Below are positions 1 to 8,486 of a stretch of 64,000 nucleotides of DNA, in pieces (positions within the stretch are counted from its first letter, which is position 1; every line of letters begins with the position of its first letter). Under the pieces are notes generated by a model. That model was given only the letters and a program-made list of their open reading frames with translations, ran no database searches and was not told where the DNA came from. A program made the translations under genes and the position numbers. This DNA is from a virus (taxonomy: Duplodnaviria; Heunggongvirae; Uroviricota; Caudoviricetes), in IMG/VR virus record IMGVR_UViG_3300050187_000003, positions 11,576 through 75,575 of that record. One strand, written 5' to 3'.

Positions 1-129
1 GCGCCGAGCAGGCCGGCGGCGACCGCGGCCGCGACGGCGGCGTGGCGCAGGTTGGTGGTGATGGTCCGGCTGCTCGACGGCAGGTAGATCATTGGGGTCC
101 CCCTCTGGGTGGCGGCTGAGGGGGTCATG
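1..129 (-). CDS. partial CDS, N-terminus of secreted/membrane protein (continues off window)
   Basis: Reverse strand ATG near 129 (alt 102) gives MTPSAATQRGTPMIYLPSSSRTITTNLRHAAVAAAVAAGLLG, a hydrophobic signal-like N-terminus; the ORF runs off the window start. Confidence 0.3.
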
Positions 130-361
130 AGAGTCGTGGGCCGCGTGCCCACGCCACCGGCTGTCCGGCCTGCACAATCCCAACCGGCCGACTGACTCGC
201 ACTGGTGACAGATCAGTGCTACGGCGTCACTTACTGTCACGTTAACGGGGTGTTACGGCGTGCAAATTCCACGGACAGTGACCGCCAAAAGTGACCGCCG
301 TCACTGAACGGCAGACCCGGTGCGCAGACTGCGAGAGGACAGACCACTCCGGTCAGTCCGG

Positions 362-577
362 TCAGTCTGGGACGAACACACCCCGACCGGGCTCGCCTCT
401 GACGACGCCCTGCGCGCTGAGGATGAGCATCACCCGCTGCGCCGTCGACCGCGAAACGCTGTACAGGTCGGCCAGTTCGGTGTAGCTGGGCAGGCGAGAT
501 CCCGGCGGGTGCTCGCCCGATCGGATGCGGGCGGCCAGGTCGGCGGCGATCTCGTGCGCTGTCAAGCGGCGGGGCAT
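362..577 (-). CDS. short GntR-type winged-HTH protein (71 aa, HTH domain only)
   Basis: ORF translation LPSYTELADLYSVSRSTAQRVMLILSAQGVVRGEPGRGVFV matches the GntR N-terminal wHTH pattern. There is no effector domain, so it is either a mini-regulator or truncated. Confidence 0.5.
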   Translation of the reverse strand: MPRRLTAHEIAADLAARIRSGEHPPGSRLPSYTELADLYSVSRSTAQRVMLILSAQGVVRGEPGRGVFVPD

Positions 578-620
578 GTGTCTCCTGAGTCGGCCCGGCC
601 ATGATCGCTACCGCAGAAGA

Positions 621-646
621 TCAGGTCAATGTTCCCGTTGACCTGA
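621..646. promoter_or_regulatory. perfect inverted repeat TCAGGTCAA-N8-TTGACCTGA upstream of the GntR-like gene
   Basis: Seen directly: 9-bp arms with an 8-bp spacer, about 45 bp upstream of the 577 start codon. Candidate operator, or possibly an att-related site. Confidence 0.35.
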
Positions 647-997
647 TGAACCAGGTGAATCTAGTCTGCGGAACGTGACGGCGCGGTGATCCTGAGTCGG
701 CAACCCGGGGCCGCCGCGTCGTCCCCCATCTGTCCGGCACCCGAGGTACCCCCGTGCTGCGGGTGCCGGACCCCCCTCTCCTCGCACGGAGGCGACGATG
801 GTCATCCGCGACTGCGGCCGCGACTTCCCCGGCGACAGGCACCCGCGTCCCACCCAACCCCAACCCCCACCGCCGGCCGGCGGCCCGCTGCCGGGTGACC
901 CGTGCGACGGCGACGACCAGGCCCAAGCCGCCATCAACGCGGCCGCCGCACGCTGGGGTGCGGCGGCCGACAGCGGGCCGGACAGCCGGTGACCGGC

Positions 998-1225
998 ATG
1001 GACGACGGGCCCCAGGGCCCGGTGCTGCCGATCGACCTCGACGACGCGGCAGCGTCCATCCTCACGCTGCATCACGGCCCACCGCCACCACTGTGGCCAC
1101 GCTGCACCCGCTGCACCGGCGACGGCTGCACTGCGCTGACGTGGGCTGCCGTGCACCGTGCGGCACGCCGGGATGAGCTGGTCGCGGCAGGGGTGCGGGG
1201 GCATCCACTCCTAGCCTGGCCGTGA
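998..1225 (+). CDS. hypothetical small protein
   Basis: Internal Met of ORF 902..1225 (MDDGPQGPVLPIDLDD...). It is followed directly by the strong hairpin at 1243-1278. Coding status uncertain. Confidence 0.25.
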   Translation: MDDGPQGPVLPIDLDDAAASILTLHHGPPPPLWPRCTRCTGDGCTALTWAAVHRAARRDELVAAGVRGHPLLAWP

Positions 1226-1242
1226 CAGACCCCCCGGACAGC

Positions 1243-1278
1243 AAGATGCGCCCCCAACCCTGAGGGGTTGGGGGCGCA
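1243..1278. terminator. bidirectional intrinsic-terminator-like hairpin (16-bp perfect stem, 4-nt loop)
   Basis: GATGCGCCCCCAACCC-tgag-GGGTTGGGGGCGCATC lies between the convergent gene ends at 1225 (+) and 1279 (-). It probably marks the end of the prophage lysis operon. Confidence 0.6.
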
Positions 1279-1572
1279 TCAGTGAAGGGCGGCGACCGAG
1301 GTCGCCGCCGGTGGGCCGCCACCGCTGCTGGTGGCGGCCGGGAGGCTCGCGACCAGAGCGGGGATGGCCATCACCCTGGTGACGGCGCCGGTGACCGCGA
1401 CCACACCGGCGACGGCCGGCACAGTGTCGATCCCGGCCTCGACCGCCGCGAGCGGGATCAGCGGCAACGCGGCGATCGCGGCCGCGACGGCGGTCCGCAG
1501 AGTCGCCCGCCAGGGATGGCGGCACTGCGTCACGACAGTGGTGGGCATCATGTCCTCCTCAGGTTTTCGCAC
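1279..1572 (-). CDS. small membrane protein, holin candidate (2 predicted TM helices)
   Basis: 97-aa ORF with two hydrophobic segments (AVAAAIAALPLIPLAAV; VAGVVAVTGAVTRVMAIPALVA). Last gene of the lysis cassette, downstream of the endolysin. Confidence 0.4.
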   Translation of the reverse strand: MRKPEEDMMPTTVVTQCRHPWRATLRTAVAAAIAALPLIPLAAVEAGIDTVPAVAGVVAVTGAVTRVMAIPALVASLPAATSSGGGPPAATSVAALH

Positions 1573-1591
1573 GGGCTGGCGGGGGCGGCGG

Positions 1592-1846
1592 TCAGGCGGT
1601 GATGCGGGGCAGCAGCCCCACCGCCAGGGCAGCCACCGCGATCAGCACCGACATCGTCGGCAACGGCCACAGCCGGCGCTCAACCGTCCGGATCCGCTCC
1701 TCGTGGTCGGCCAGGTCGTCACGCACCGCCGTCTGCTGCTCGATCAGCACGTCGACGCGGCCGGTCAACCGGACCACGGCGTCGTAGATTTCGCGGCCGG
1801 TGATATGCACCGCGAGGGGGTCGCCCAGCGGCGGGCTGGGCATCAC
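1592..1846 (-). CDS. lysis-associated small protein with C-terminal TM anchor (holin/spanin-like candidate)
   Basis: 84 aa with a charged coiled N-terminal part and C-terminal MSVLIAVAALAVGLLP. Its start overlaps the endolysin stop (1843-1846). Confidence 0.35.
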   Translation of the reverse strand: MMPSPPLGDPLAVHITGREIYDAVVRLTGRVDVLIEQQTAVRDDLADHEERIRTVERRLWPLPTMSVLIAVAALAVGLLPRITA

Positions 1847-2526
1847 GTGCCGGCCGGCGGCGGCGCAGTCGGGCCGAGGCGGCGGGCGATCTCATCCACC
1901 ACCTCGCCGGCATCCAGACGACCCGCCTGCGCATCCTCCACCAGCCGGCGGATCGCCTCCGTCTCCCAACGGGCCGTCAGGCCCTGTTTGAGAAGGTCCT
2001 GCACCCGGGGCGGCGGGTCCGGCCACCCCGCCGCCGACGACGGAACACGGGTGTCGAGCAGCTCCCGCGCGATCGCAGCACAATCCTGCGGTGTGATGGG
2101 CACGATGTCCTCCTGGGGGGATGCGGGCGGTGGCCACAGCTGCCACGAGCTGGTGTCGTCGTAGGGTCCCGTCGAGCGGCCGTCGCGGCCGACGCCGACG
2201 GAGACGTGCACATGGGTGGCGTGCGGGTTGGAGCCGGAGTAGGGGCGCCACTCCTGGCCGGCAGACGCGATCCGCCGGTTGAAGATCACATATTTCAGCG
2301 CCGGATGGCCGCTGGTGCGCACCCGGTCGGCGAACCAGCCGAGGTCGAGACCCTTGTCGGCGAGCACGTCGACGGCGCACACCACACCCCGCGGGTTGGG
2401 GTTGTGGTCGGACCAGCCGGACGCGTGGGCCTGGTCGCCCAACGTCCACACGGTGGTGCCGGGCATCCGGGCACGGATCTCCGCCCGCAACACGACCAGA
2501 GACCCGGCCAAACGCCACGACATCAC
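1843..2526 (-). CDS. endolysin, peptidase M15-like (L-Ala-D-Glu peptidase type)
   Basis: Motifs SDHNPNPRGVVCAVD (SxHxxGxAxD-like) and HATHVHVSV (HxH) are typical of VanY/M15 peptidase lysin domains. Sits next to the holin candidates at the end of the structural module. Confidence 0.55.
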   Translation of the reverse strand: MMSWRLAGSLVVLRAEIRARMPGTTVWTLGDQAHASGWSDHNPNPRGVVCAVDVLADKGLDLGWFADRVRTSGHPALKYVIFNRRIASAGQEWRPYSGSNPHATHVHVSVGVGRDGRSTGPYDDTSSWQLWPPPASPQEDIVPITPQDCAAIARELLDTRVPSSAAGWPDPPPRVQDLLKQGLTARWETEAIRRLVEDAQAGRLDAGEVVDEIARRLGPTAPPPAGT

Positions 2527-2960
2527 ACCACCTCGAAAACGGTGACGGTCAGCCGGGTGTGACCGGCGTTGATTTCCATGTTCGCGGGCAGGGTTCCTCG
2601 CAGTGCGAGCGTGTGTGATCCGGCGGTGGCCAGGGTGCCCATCCAGTTCTGGCCGACGGTGCCACGGTCGTTGGCCGTGGCCGCACCCACCTGGAACAAC
2701 GCCTTGCCACCAGCCTCAACACCGTCAACGAACAGCAGACCCTCTCCGGCGGTTGTGGTGCCCGACCCGGCGGTGTCGAAGTCGAAGTTGGCCACGGCCG
2801 TCCACACCGCACCGTCGGTTTCGGTGGTGAGGGTGATCGACGCGCCGGTGATCGCCGTCGCGGTCACCGAACCCACCAAGTCCGACGAACACGACGCATG
2901 GTAAGTGTTTGGTTGAATTCGGTTGAACTGGTCGGCGGTGACCAGTGCTCCAGCATCCAT
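2523..2960 (-). CDS. hypothetical tail/fibre-associated structural protein
   Basis: 145-aa Thr/Gly/Ala-rich beta-type sequence between the minor tail protein and the lysin. Start overlaps the upstream stop. Confidence 0.4.
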   Translation of the reverse strand: MDAGALVTADQFNRIQPNTYHASCSSDLVGSVTATAITGASITLTTETDGAVWTAVANFDFDTAGSGTTTAGEGLLFVDGVEAGGKALFQVGAATANDRGTVGQNWMGTLATAGSHTLALRGTLPANMEINAGHTRLTVTVFEVV

Positions 2961-2975
2961 CAGGATGCTCTCCTC

Positions 2976-5159
2976 TCATCGGGCCAAACGCCACGGAGAC
3001 GCCACGGAGACGCCACTGCCGGCGGGGATGGTGATCTCGACGCCGTCGACGGGCGTTTGCGAAACGGTGATCGTCTGCGGGTCAGATGATCCCGTGCAGG
3101 CGGTGGCGGTCAGCCTGACCCCGCCGACCAGCACGTCAAAAGGAAAATTGGCGCTGTCAGTGGTCCACAGTGCCACCGTGCCGGCCGACCGCTGCACGCT
3201 CAGCGCCGTGTCGACGCCGGAGTCGAAATCAGCGGTGGTCTCCGACCCGGCCGTGTCCAGGCGGGTGGTGGTGCCGAGCACACCCACGGTCCACGGCTGG
3301 GCTGGGCGGCCCCACACCGCCGCGTCCCACACCGTCCCGGACTGCCACGTCTCCTCACCACCGGTGACCACAATCTCGGCGTCACCGGGCGGGTGCTGGG
3401 TCGGCAGGTTCGTGGCGAGCACCAAGGTGCCGGGGCGGACGGTCAGCCACTGCGTGATCAGCGACGGCGTGGCGTGAAGTTTGATCGCGATCCGGTCATA
3501 CCGTGGGCTTTCGTCCGTGCCCAGGTGCACCTGCCAGGAGGCGATGGCCGTCAGCCCGGTGTCGTCGACCAGGGCGTAGTCGTCCTGTCCGGGCAGCCTG
3601 CCGTGCCCGTCCACGTGCGCCTGGTCGACCGCCGTTGCGGCGGATCCGCCCGGCCGGCGGGCCGTCCACTGGTTGCGCATGTCGGCGGTGCTGGCCGGGA
3701 TCGGTCGGATGCCGGCCGGCACCTCCCTGGCCGACCCGTCCAGAGTGAGCACTGTGGACGGGTTGTAGCGGTGCTGACGGGGTATCAGCTCCAACCCCCA
3801 GCCGCCCAACTCATCGCCGAGGATCCCCCCGTCGACGAGCACACACGCATCGACCAGGGCGAGGTCGGTAGCCGCCGGCTGGTAGCCCATCCTGCTGATG
3901 TGTGCGGCGTCGACGGTGTCCACGACGGTCAGCGGGATGGTCGACGCGGAACACACCCGCACGATGCGGTCGACAGCGGTCTCACGCCAGAACGCCACTG
4001 TGGCGTTGCCGGTCAGCAGTCCGTAGCTGTCGCCGGCGTAGGCCGGCACCCAGGAGGGTGGCGAGGTGCCCTCCCACACCTGCACCTCGCCGATCCCGTG
4101 CACGCCGGTCGTCGACGCGCCGGCGGGGTTGAGGGTGACGGTGGCCGGCCAGCCCAGCGTCGACGACGTGACAGTGGCGGTCCAGGGTCCGCCGCCGCCG
4201 GGGGTGACATCACCCTGCGACGCGCCGTTGATCAGCAACTGCACCGAAATGTTGGAACCACTCTGGACGGCGGTCACCCGCCATTCGAAAAACGCGATGA
4301 AACTGGTGCCATCTTCGACGATCACGACGCTGTCGCGGCGCAGCTGGGTGTTGAAATTGGGACTGCCGGTGAGGCGAATGTCCCACACCGCACCGGTGGA
4401 ATCTGACCACTCGGCCAGGATGTAGGGGTTTGTTGCACCGGCGGCTGTCGCCTCTTCGGCGAAAAACTGCACCGTCCACGCCACCGGACTGATGCTGCCG
4501 GCCGCCGGCACGGGCCCGGTCAGGCGGCCACCGCCGGACAGGTCCGGCACGCTGCCCATGCCCTGCAAACCCGGATCGTTCGCCGCGAACTGGACGTCAC
4601 CGGTGGCGGTCAGGGGTGGGTGGCCGGGAATTCCGGATGCGCAACGGCCCGCATCCTGGCCGTCGTTGCACGGCCAGTAGGCGAGCAGCGTCTCGTCCTG
4701 GTCGGCGGAGGTGATGTCCTGGCCCAACGCCGTCGTCGTCGGCCGCTCACCCTGGTCGAGGAGGCCGGAGATGGAGGTGGCGGTGATCCGGGTGAGGGCG
4801 TGTTTGGCCGATCCGCCGGGCCACTCCACCGGCCACCCGGAATCAACGAAACCGCGGAACCTGACCACGAAGCCCGACCCGCTGTCGATGGCCCACTCGA
4901 CGGGCACACCGTTGACCAGGTGCGGGTAGTGCGGGCTGGCCGGGTGGCCCCAGGTGAACCGGCCATCGGCGTTGCGCAACGCCAGCGACAGGGTGTGTGG
5001 CTGGCGGCCGGTGGCGTTGCGGTCCCGCCCCCAGACGTGCCGCACCGGCGTGGAGGCGTGCAACCAGGCGGTGATGTCGGTCCACGACCAGGACGACGGG
5101 TCCGCGGCGCGGTCCGCGCCGAACGCCGCCCGCAACCGGGGTGTGAAAAGGACGCTCAC
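2976..5159 (-). CDS. minor tail protein (large, 727 aa)
   Basis: Directly downstream of the tape measure gene with a 4-nt stop/start overlap. Large size and beta-rich composition are typical of siphovirus distal-tail/minor tail proteins. Confidence 0.55.
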   Translation of the reverse strand: MSVLFTPRLRAAFGADRAADPSSWSWTDITAWLHASTPVRHVWGRDRNATGRQPHTLSLALRNADGRFTWGHPASPHYPHLVNGVPVEWAIDSGSGFVVRFRGFVDSGWPVEWPGGSAKHALTRITATSISGLLDQGERPTTTALGQDITSADQDETLLAYWPCNDGQDAGRCASGIPGHPPLTATGDVQFAANDPGLQGMGSVPDLSGGGRLTGPVPAAGSISPVAWTVQFFAEEATAAGATNPYILAEWSDSTGAVWDIRLTGSPNFNTQLRRDSVVIVEDGTSFIAFFEWRVTAVQSGSNISVQLLINGASQGDVTPGGGGPWTATVTSSTLGWPATVTLNPAGASTTGVHGIGEVQVWEGTSPPSWVPAYAGDSYGLLTGNATVAFWRETAVDRIVRVCSASTIPLTVVDTVDAAHISRMGYQPAATDLALVDACVLVDGGILGDELGGWGLELIPRQHRYNPSTVLTLDGSAREVPAGIRPIPASTADMRNQWTARRPGGSAATAVDQAHVDGHGRLPGQDDYALVDDTGLTAIASWQVHLGTDESPRYDRIAIKLHATPSLITQWLTVRPGTLVLATNLPTQHPPGDAEIVVTGGEETWQSGTVWDAAVWGRPAQPWTVGVLGTTTRLDTAGSETTADFDSGVDTALSVQRSAGTVALWTTDSANFPFDVLVGGVRLTATACTGSSDPQTITVSQTPVDGVEITIPAGSGVSVASPWRLAR

Positions 5160-7156
5160 GACCAGCCCCCGCCGGACTGCGGTGACAGGTGCCGCACCAC
5201 ATCCCCACCAGCCCTGAGACGGATGTCGTCGCGCAAACCGGCAACAATCCCATCGCCCCGAATTTTGAGGGTGATGGTGGTTTCGGCGTGCCCACTGCCA
5301 CCGCGGCCGGCGTCTGACAGGGGTTGCACCTGCGCACCACGTGGAAGGTGCAGCATCTCCGGCCCTGCCTCGCCGACGATGGCCATACCGGCGGCGCGAA
5401 TGTTACCGCCCTTCGCCAACATGGGCATCCGCGGCATGCTGAACCCGTTGCCGCCAACCCCGGGCACCCAATCAGGCAGGCTGAATCTGAGCCTGCCAGG
5501 ACCGTTGTTCCACATCCGTGAAATGGCGTTGAAACCAGCCCTGAATGGTGCGGTAATAATGCCACCAAGGGCGGAAAACGCCTCTCTCATCCGGCCTGGC
5601 AGCATTTTCAGCCAGTCCCACGTTTTGACAGCTGCACCCTTGATGCCAGCCCACACGGCTACCACTGCCCGTCCGACACCAGTCCAAAATCCGGAAAACA
5701 CCGTCCACCATGTTTGGGCAAGGCGGATAACAGTGTCGAAAACGAGTGTCCAGCCGGCGACGATCCAGTCCACGGCCCATTGGAACACGGCGACGACCGC
5801 GGTCCAGGTGGCCTGCCAGGCGGTTTGAAACCAGGTCGTCTGGGTGGCCACCCAGACGATGGCGGCGACCAGGGCGATGACCGCCAGGACAATCCAGGTG
5901 ATCGGGCTGGTCCACAGTGCCAGGTTCAGCACGACTTGGACGGCGGCCCAGACTTTGAGGGCGCCGATGATCAGCACGATGGCCCCGGCGAGCACGCCGA
6001 GCCCCACGGAGAGGGGGCCCACCCAGCCACTGTTCTCACTGAGCCAGCCGAAGGTGGCCTGGAGGTGGGGGACCGCGGCGGCGAGTTTTTCGATCAACGC
6101 GGCCTGCACCTGGTTCTTGAACGCCTGCAACTGCTGGCCAGCGTCTTTTTCGAAGGTTTCCGCCATCTCGGCAGCCGCGCCACCTGCGTCGGTCATTCCC
6201 TCGCCCAGACCGGCAAGGGAATCAAGGAACGCTGGGATGTCCGCCTTGTTCATGTCCTCCAGTGGGGTGCCGAACAAGGCGATGGCGGTGTTGGCTCGGT
6301 CGGCCGGGTCTTTGATGGACTGCAACCCGCCGACGATCTTCCCGAATGCGGCCTGCGCGGTGTCGCCTCCAGTGAGCAAATCGTTGGCCATCATGTGCGC
6401 GTCGAGGCCGATCGCGTCGAAAGCACCCGCCGTTTTATCGGACATGTCAGTAGCCAGCAATGTGAGTTCTTTGATGACGTCGCCGGTTTTGTCGATGCCG
6501 TAGGTGCCCTTTTGTGCGCCACGTGCGAGCAGTTCGAATGCCTGCGGGCCGTCGAAACCGAGGGCGGCGAAGAAGGTGCCGTACTCTTCGGCCGCATCCA
6601 AAATGTCTTCACGAAATTTGGGGCCGACCCGCTGTGATGTGCGGGCGATCAGGTCGAGCGCCTGCGTGCCGTCCTTGGCCAGTCCGTCGCGCATCACCAC
6701 CCCGGCCACACCGACGGCCTGACTCAGGTCAAACTCGAACGTCCTGGACAGGGCTTGTGCTTTGACCGTGAGGTCTTCCAGCATCTGCGCGTTCTGCGAG
6801 CCACCGGTCAGCCCGGAGCCGAAGACAGCGGAGGCGTCGGCCATGGCCTCGTCGATCGTCTGCGTGAAGCCACGCCCGAAGCTGCCGGCAGCGGCTGCCC
6901 CGGCAGCCTCTGCTGCCGCTGGGTCGCCGAGCTGGTTGCGCAGCTTCGCCTGCGCGCTGGACAGGTTCATGGCGGAGACGAGACCGGCGCCAATCCCGGC
7001 AGCGATCGCGGCACCGGCCACGGCGGCGCCGGCTTTCAGCGATTCGGCGTGCCGGTTGAACGCGCCCTTCGCCTTGTCAAGGTCGCGTTCGAACCGCCCG
7101 TGATCCGCCTTGAGGATCGTCGACAACTCACCGAGGACAAGCGCCACTGTCGCCAC
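5156..7156 (-). CDS. tail tape measure protein
   Basis: 666 aa with a long Ala/Gly-rich helical N-terminal half, internal hydrophobic segments (GWVGPLSVGLGVLAGAIVLIIGAL...) and a C-terminal region. Positioned after the tail assembly chaperones. Confidence 0.7.
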   Translation of the reverse strand: MATVALVLGELSTILKADHGRFERDLDKAKGAFNRHAESLKAGAAVAGAAIAAGIGAGLVSAMNLSSAQAKLRNQLGDPAAAEAAGAAAAGSFGRGFTQTIDEAMADASAVFGSGLTGGSQNAQMLEDLTVKAQALSRTFEFDLSQAVGVAGVVMRDGLAKDGTQALDLIARTSQRVGPKFREDILDAAEEYGTFFAALGFDGPQAFELLARGAQKGTYGIDKTGDVIKELTLLATDMSDKTAGAFDAIGLDAHMMANDLLTGGDTAQAAFGKIVGGLQSIKDPADRANTAIALFGTPLEDMNKADIPAFLDSLAGLGEGMTDAGGAAAEMAETFEKDAGQQLQAFKNQVQAALIEKLAAAVPHLQATFGWLSENSGWVGPLSVGLGVLAGAIVLIIGALKVWAAVQVVLNLALWTSPITWIVLAVIALVAAIVWVATQTTWFQTAWQATWTAVVAVFQWAVDWIVAGWTLVFDTVIRLAQTWWTVFSGFWTGVGRAVVAVWAGIKGAAVKTWDWLKMLPGRMREAFSALGGIITAPFRAGFNAISRMWNNGPGRLRFSLPDWVPGVGGNGFSMPRMPMLAKGGNIRAAGMAIVGEAGPEMLHLPRGAQVQPLSDAGRGGSGHAETTITLKIRGDGIVAGLRDDIRLRAGGDVVRHLSPQSGGGWS

Positions 7157-7263
7157 CTTCCCTTGTTGTCGGATCTTGGACTTGGTGCGGGGCGGGGATT
7201 GACCGTGGTGGGTAGGGTGCCGACCGGACCGCCACCACCGGACTCACTACTCAGGAGGACTGC

Positions 7264-7728
7264 GTGTCGTACCCGCAGCAGCCATATGGACAGCCCCAGC
7301 AGCCCCAGCAGCCACAGCAGGGTCAGGTCTACGGCCAGCCACCAGCACCGCCGGCGAAGCCGAAGAAGAAGGGCAACCCCGTCGTTGGCGCGCTCGCCCT
7401 GGTCGTCATCGCCGGACTGCTGGTCCTCTGCGGCGGTATCGCCGTCACCCAGCTCGGCGGCGGTGAACCGGAAGACCCGGTGACCGCCGACCGCAGCTTC
7501 GACGCGGAGGTGATGTGCCAGGAGCCGATCAAGCAGCGGCTGAAGGCACCGGCGACGGCGGAGTTTCCGCGCGCTGAAGTGGTCAAGAACGGGTCGATCT
7601 ACACCGTCACCGGTGGCGTCGACGCGGAGAACGTAGTCGGCGCGCAGATCCGCACCGACTACGTGTGCGTCATCGAGGACAACGGCGACGACACGTGGAC
7701 GACGATTCGGGTCGACCTCGCCGAGTAG
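7264..7728 (+). CDS. moron: membrane protein with Pro/Gln-rich N-terminus, one TM helix and an extracytoplasmic Cys-containing domain
   Basis: GTG start preceded by AGGAGGA. Opposite strand to the flanking tail genes, inserted between the chaperone and tape measure genes. Sequence reads QPQQPQQ...VVGALALVVIAGLLVLCGGIAV followed by a soluble domain. Confidence 0.55.
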   Translation: MSYPQQPYGQPQQPQQPQQGQVYGQPPAPPAKPKKKGNPVVGALALVVIAGLLVLCGGIAVTQLGGGEPEDPVTADRSFDAEVMCQEPIKQRLKAPATAEFPRAEVVKNGSIYTVTGGVDAENVVGAQIRTDYVCVIEDNGDDTWTTIRVDLAE

Positions 7729-8486
7729 CTACCCCTGCTGCTCGTCTGGGCTGAGGGCCCGCTGCAACCTCGACTCGATACTCAGTAGGCCGACGATCCG
7801 GGCCTGCAACCAACGCCACGACCGGGACCGCATCAGGTCCCGGTCGTCCGCGTCGATCTGGTAGTGCTGATGCAGGTCAGCCTCGATCAGCTCCCAGTGG
7901 CCGAGGATTTCCCCCCAGCTCACCCCTTCGCCGCGCCGCGCCCGGTCGACTTCTTCGGGAATTTCGTACCACTCGAAGTAGCCGGTTTCCGGGTGCCGCT
8001 GGCCGCGGCCGTACGGCTCCCGCCAGTCTTGGCCGGGGCCGCCTTCTTCGCCCTGCGTTGCGCCCGGTTGCCCGGGCGCAGCGCTTCCGGGCGGCCACCC
8101 GACCGCCACCACCGGGCGGCCGCGCTCTCGCCGCCCAGGATGTAGAAATAGACGGTCATCGCGCAGTACTCCACATAGGCGTCCGGCACCCCGGCCACCA
8201 CCATCCGGTCGTACGCGCCACCCAACACCCTCTGCGACAGCGTGAGGTGCCGGTCGCCGGGCAGGTCGGGCAGGGCGTCGATCGCCGCCGCGGCCGCTTT
8301 CAGCTCGTCTTCGCTTGACTCCTCGGAGACGCTGCCCGTCGTCTGGGCGACCAGCCGACACCACAGCCCCAGCTCCGCGCTGGCCAGCGGGACCGTGTAG
8401 CGACGCTCGGTACCGTCGCGGTCGGGAACCCCGGCCAGGATGAGGCCGGGGTCGAAGTAGCCGGTGAGGCCGTCAAATTCGGGCAT
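7729..8486 (-). CDS. tail assembly chaperone fusion product via putative -1 programmed frameshift (G-T-like)
   Basis: The overlapping -1 frame ORF (7729..8364) has a convincing C-terminal segment (GYFEWYEIPEEVDRARRGEGVSWGEILGHWELIEADLHQHYQID...). Heptamer CCCGGGC (X_XXY_YYZ in the zero frame) lies near 8070-8076, and GC3 switches frame around there. Confidence 0.4.
7920..8486 (-). CDS. tail assembly chaperone (G-like ORF)
   Basis: ORF between the major tail and tape measure genes. Starts at MPEFDGLTGYFDP..., with the start overlapping the major tail stop. Confidence 0.5.
   Translation of the reverse strand: MPEFDGLTGYFDPGLILAGVPDRDGTERRYTVPLASAELGLWCRLVAQTTGSVSEESSEDELKAAAAAIDALPDLPGDRHLTLSQRVLGGAYDRMVVAGVPDAYVEYCAMTVYFYILGGESAAARWWRSGGRPEALRPGNRAQRRAKKAAPAKTGGSRTAAASGTRKPATSSGTKFPKKSTGRGAAKG

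Noticed and set aside
3393-4406. 337-aa plus-strand ORF antisense to the minor tail gene. Many similar long ORFs occur elsewhere (for example 1331..2164, 10892..11728, 12700..13785, 14635..16347, 19685..20803, 23914..25527, 24134..25234, 34486..35430).
   Set aside because: The translations are Arg/Gly/Pro/His-rich and low-complexity. They lie antisense to or out of frame with well-supported genes. High GC suppresses stop codons, so such ORFs arise by chance.
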